33,547 bases of DNA from Deltaproteobacteria bacterium (GTDB lineage: Bacteria > Desulfobacterota > Desulfarculia > Adiutricales > Adiutricaceae), in contig JAITLH010000108.1 in assembly GCA_031277995.1 (NCBI GenBank), positions 1 through 33,547 on the forward strand, in the 5' to 3' direction. The position numbers were made by a program, and so were the translations under genes. The notes below the pieces were generated by a model. That model had not been told where the DNA came from and made no database searches. It saw only the letters and a program-made list of their open reading frames with translations. Each line of letters opens with the position of its first letter. The stretch's first letter is position 1. Below, in pieces: positions 30,996-33,547 of the stretch.

Positions 30996-32999
30996 TTAGG
31001 ATTCGAGCGCCATGGTCGTCTCTTCCCAGATGTTTTCGAGTTCCCTTTTTTCGATATTAAGCCCTTCCAATTCCAGTTTTATGGTCTTGACCTTGTAGCC
31101 ATCCTTGTAGATCCTCTCGTCGCCAAGGTTTTTTTCAAGTTCCCGGTAACGGGCGGCTATTTCGTCGAGTCTTTTTTCCGTCTCCTGGAGTTTTTTCTCC
31201 AGGGGTTTTCGGAGGGCCGTCCGTTTCTTTCTTTCCTCGCTGGCGGCTTGGCGTTTTTCCAAAGCGGAATCCTTTTGGGGCAGGGCGTTTTCCAAGGGCG
31301 CTGGGCCGGATTGGGTTTTGGCGGCGGTTTTTGGCGATTCGGCCAGGGGGCTGGGGGAATTTTGGCCAAAAAGGGCGGCCGGGTCGCCAAGCCAGAGGCG
31401 CTGGTAATCGTCAAAGTTTCCGGGGTGAACGGTCAAAACCCCGTTTTCGATAACCCCAACCCTATCGCATAAACGGTTTATGAAATGGCGATCGTGACTG
31501 ATCAAAACCATGGTGCCTTCAAAATCGTCCAGGGCGTCTTCAAGCATTTGCCGCCCGGGGATGTCCAGGTGGTTGGTGGGTTCGTCCAAAAGAAGGACGT
31601 TGGGGGCGCCCATCATGATTTTGCATAAAACCAGCCTGGTTTTTTCGCCGCCCGAGAGAACGGAAACCTTTTTAAAAACGTCATCGCCGGAAAACAAAAA
31701 ACCGCCCAGGGTGTTTCTAAGGGCGCCGATGGTAAGGTGCCCGGCCACCGTGGCCAGTTCCTCGATGAGATTGTTATTGGGGTTTAGGCTCTCCATCTGA
31801 AACTGGGAAAAGTAACCCAGGTCGATATTTTGGCCCATTTTCCTAACCCCGCCGGAGGGTTCCGTCAGCCCGGCCAGGAGCTTAATCAAGGTTGATTTCC
31901 CCCGGCCGTTGGGACCGATTAAGGCCAGCCGTTCGCCCCTTTGGAGGGTCAGGTTAAGGTCGCGGTAAACCTCGGTTTGGCCGTAGGATTTGGTGACGCC
32001 CGTTAACTGGGCCACCAAGTCCGGACCGCGGCGGCCCTGGGGCAAGCGCAAGTTAAAGGTTTGTTCAAGACCGTCGTCTGGTTGGGGCAAGCGGTCGATT
32101 TTTTCCAGGGCCTTAATCCGGCTTTGGGCCCTTTTGGCCGTTGAGGCCCTGACTTGGTTGCGTTCTATGAATTTTTCCAGCTGCTTGATTTGCTCTTGTT
32201 GGTTGGAATAGGCCGCGGATTCGGTCACCAAACGCCGGGCTTTTTCCTCCAAAAAACGATCGTAATTGCCCGGGTAGGAATCGGCCCGCCCCATCCTCAA
32301 TTCGATGATTTTTTGGGCCACGTTATTTAAAAAAACCCGATCGTGGGAAACCAAAAGCAAGGCCGAGGGCGAGCCTTTCAGGTAGTTTTCCAGCCAAATC
32401 AGGCTATCGATGTCCAGGTGGTTGGTGGGCTCGTCCAAAACCAAGAGATCGGGTTTGGCCACCAAAAGCCGGGCCAACACGGCCCTCATGATCCAGCCCC
32501 CGGAAAAAACCGACAAATCCCGCTCGAAATCGGCCTCGGAAAAACCCAATCCCGACAGGATTTTTTTGGCCTCCGATTCCCTAACCCAGCCGTCCATGGC
32601 CTCGAAACGGGCCATCAAATGCCCGTGCCTATCGGCCAAGGCGGTCAGTTCCTCCTGACCCAGATTGGTTTTGGCCAGTTCCCTTTCGACCTCATGAAGC
32701 TCCGTTTCGATTTTTTTAAATTCCGGGTCCGTGTCCAAAACCAGTTCCAAAAGCTTTTGGTCGTTTTGGGCCATGATGTCCTGGGGCAAATACCCCAGCT
32801 TCAAGCCCTTGGCCTTAACGACCTGGCCCGAGTCCGGCGCCTCGTCGCCCATGATTAGCCGAATGATGGTGGTTTTCCCGGCCCCGTTGCGGCCAACCAA
32901 ACCAATCCTCTCCCCGGCCTCGATTGAAAGGGTTACCCCCTTCAAAACGTCCTGACGGTTATGGAACCTCTGAACCTCTGAAAAAGTGACCAAAGACAT
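30996..32999 (-). CDS. ABC-F family ATPase (two NBDs, no TM domain, C-terminal coiled-coil; Uup/YheS-like)
   Basis: Walker A is GLVGRNGAGKTT and ALIGPNGRGKST. The signature motifs are FSGGW and LSGGEKTRL. Walker B is LLVLDEPTNHLD and VLLLDEPTNHLD. The K/E-rich C-terminal coiled-coil reads ..EKRQAASEERKKR..LEKKLQETEKRLDEIAARYRELE. ATG at 32999 (MSLVTFSEV..) gives the canonical N-terminus. The ORF-track start at 33194 adds an implausible G/R-rich leader. Confidence 0.9.
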   Translation of the reverse strand: MSLVTFSEVQRFHNRQDVLKGVTLSIEAGERIGLVGRNGAGKTTIIRLIMGDEAPDSGQVVKAKGLKLGYLPQDIMAQNDQKLLELVLDTDPEFKKIETELHEVERELAKTNLGQEELTALADRHGHLMARFEAMDGWVRESEAKKILSGLGFSEADFERDLSVFSGGWIMRAVLARLLVAKPDLLVLDEPTNHLDIDSLIWLENYLKGSPSALLLVSHDRVFLNNVAQKIIELRMGRADSYPGNYDRFLEEKARRLVTESAAYSNQQEQIKQLEKFIERNQVRASTAKRAQSRIKALEKIDRLPQPDDGLEQTFNLRLPQGRRGPDLVAQLTGVTKSYGQTEVYRDLNLTLQRGERLALIGPNGRGKSTLIKLLAGLTEPSGGVRKMGQNIDLGYFSQFQMESLNPNNNLIEELATVAGHLTIGALRNTLGGFLFSGDDVFKKVSVLSGGEKTRLVLCKIMMGAPNVLLLDEPTNHLDIPGRQMLEDALDDFEGTMVLISHDRHFINRLCDRVGVIENGVLTVHPGNFDDYQRLWLGDPAALFGQNSPSPLAESPKTAAKTQSGPAPLENALPQKDSALEKRQAASEERKKRTALRKPLEKKLQETEKRLDEIAARYRELEKNLGDERIYKDGYKVKTIKLELEGLNIEKRELENIWEETTMALES

Positions 33000-33547
33000 T
33001 TTTTTAAAAAACCCACCCCAACAAATTAATTTCCCCAAACTCGCGCCGCCCGACCCAAAAAACCCCAACGCCCCAGGGTTCTGACCCCCTCGGGACTTGC
33101 CGTTTAAACGCCCAAAAAGGGCTCCGGGAGCGCTCCTGGGCCCTTGACCCCATAAACGCCACCTACCCACTCCCAATCGCCTCCGCGGGGCCATTAGACC
33201 CCTCTACGGGCCCGTCACCTAACCTGGGCGAAAACCTACTGATTTTTTCGCGCCGGTTTCCCAAACCCCTTTTATCCCAACGAAAAACCCCCGAGGCTTA
33301 GTATCCGAAGCGCCTTAAGTCCCCGGCCAACGAAAACGCCCCCGAATTCTCCCCGGGTTGAATATGCCACAGCGACGCCCCTTTGGCAACCGGGCCAAGC
33401 CCAAAAAAACCCCTTCCAAAAACCTGGGCCCAACTGACCGACATTTAGCGCTTTTTCCCGTCAGCCAAGCCCAGGCCCGGCCATTGTTTTCCGAATGTTA
33501 ACCCCATACGCTGCCCAAAAAATCTCCCAATCGACTTCGTTTAATTA

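Noticed and set aside
1-33547. Mobile element, prophage, defence island, rRNA/tRNA or other known RNA genes (RNase P, tmRNA, SRP, 6S)
   Set aside because: I found no transposase, integrase, Cas or toxin-like ORFs, no terminal inverted repeats flanking a cargo, and no conserved RNA signature strings while reading either strand. Only a covariance-model scan could formally exclude small ncRNAs.

Overview
This is a bacterial chromosomal window dominated by one co-directional division and cell-wall (dcw) cluster on the + strand: mraZ, rsmH, ftsL, ftsI, murE, murF, mraY, murD, ftsW, murG, murC, murB, ftsQ and ftsA. No ddl is present. The cluster ends in two tandem FtsZ-family genes separated by about 1 kb of AT-rich, ORF-free DNA. 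A radical-SAM gene follows 3 nt after the second ftsZ, then nagZ, a small hypothetical gene, cdsA and dxr. An ABC-F ATPase gene converges from the - strand across a shared bidirectional terminator. I recognised no rRNA, tRNA, CRISPR array, transposase, integrase or defence gene. The main candidate for something new is the FtsZ pair. The upstream copy has eroded GTP-pocket motifs, a collagen-like GXY insertion and no C-terminal tail, but a canonical T7 loop. The downstream copy has an intact GTP pocket, His in place of the T7 Asn, and a long P/Q/Y-repeat tail. This complementary pattern suggests a heteropolymeric or regulated FtsZ system. The second unusual property is that this normally compact operon is broken by large non-coding gaps and many tandem repeat arrays. 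These have periods of 9, 13, 14, 27, 33, 36, about 51 and about 85 bp, and several overlap start or stop codons. Lineage cannot be assigned from sequence alone. Several start codons are uncertain because the ORF track opens at upstream TTG or GTG codons.
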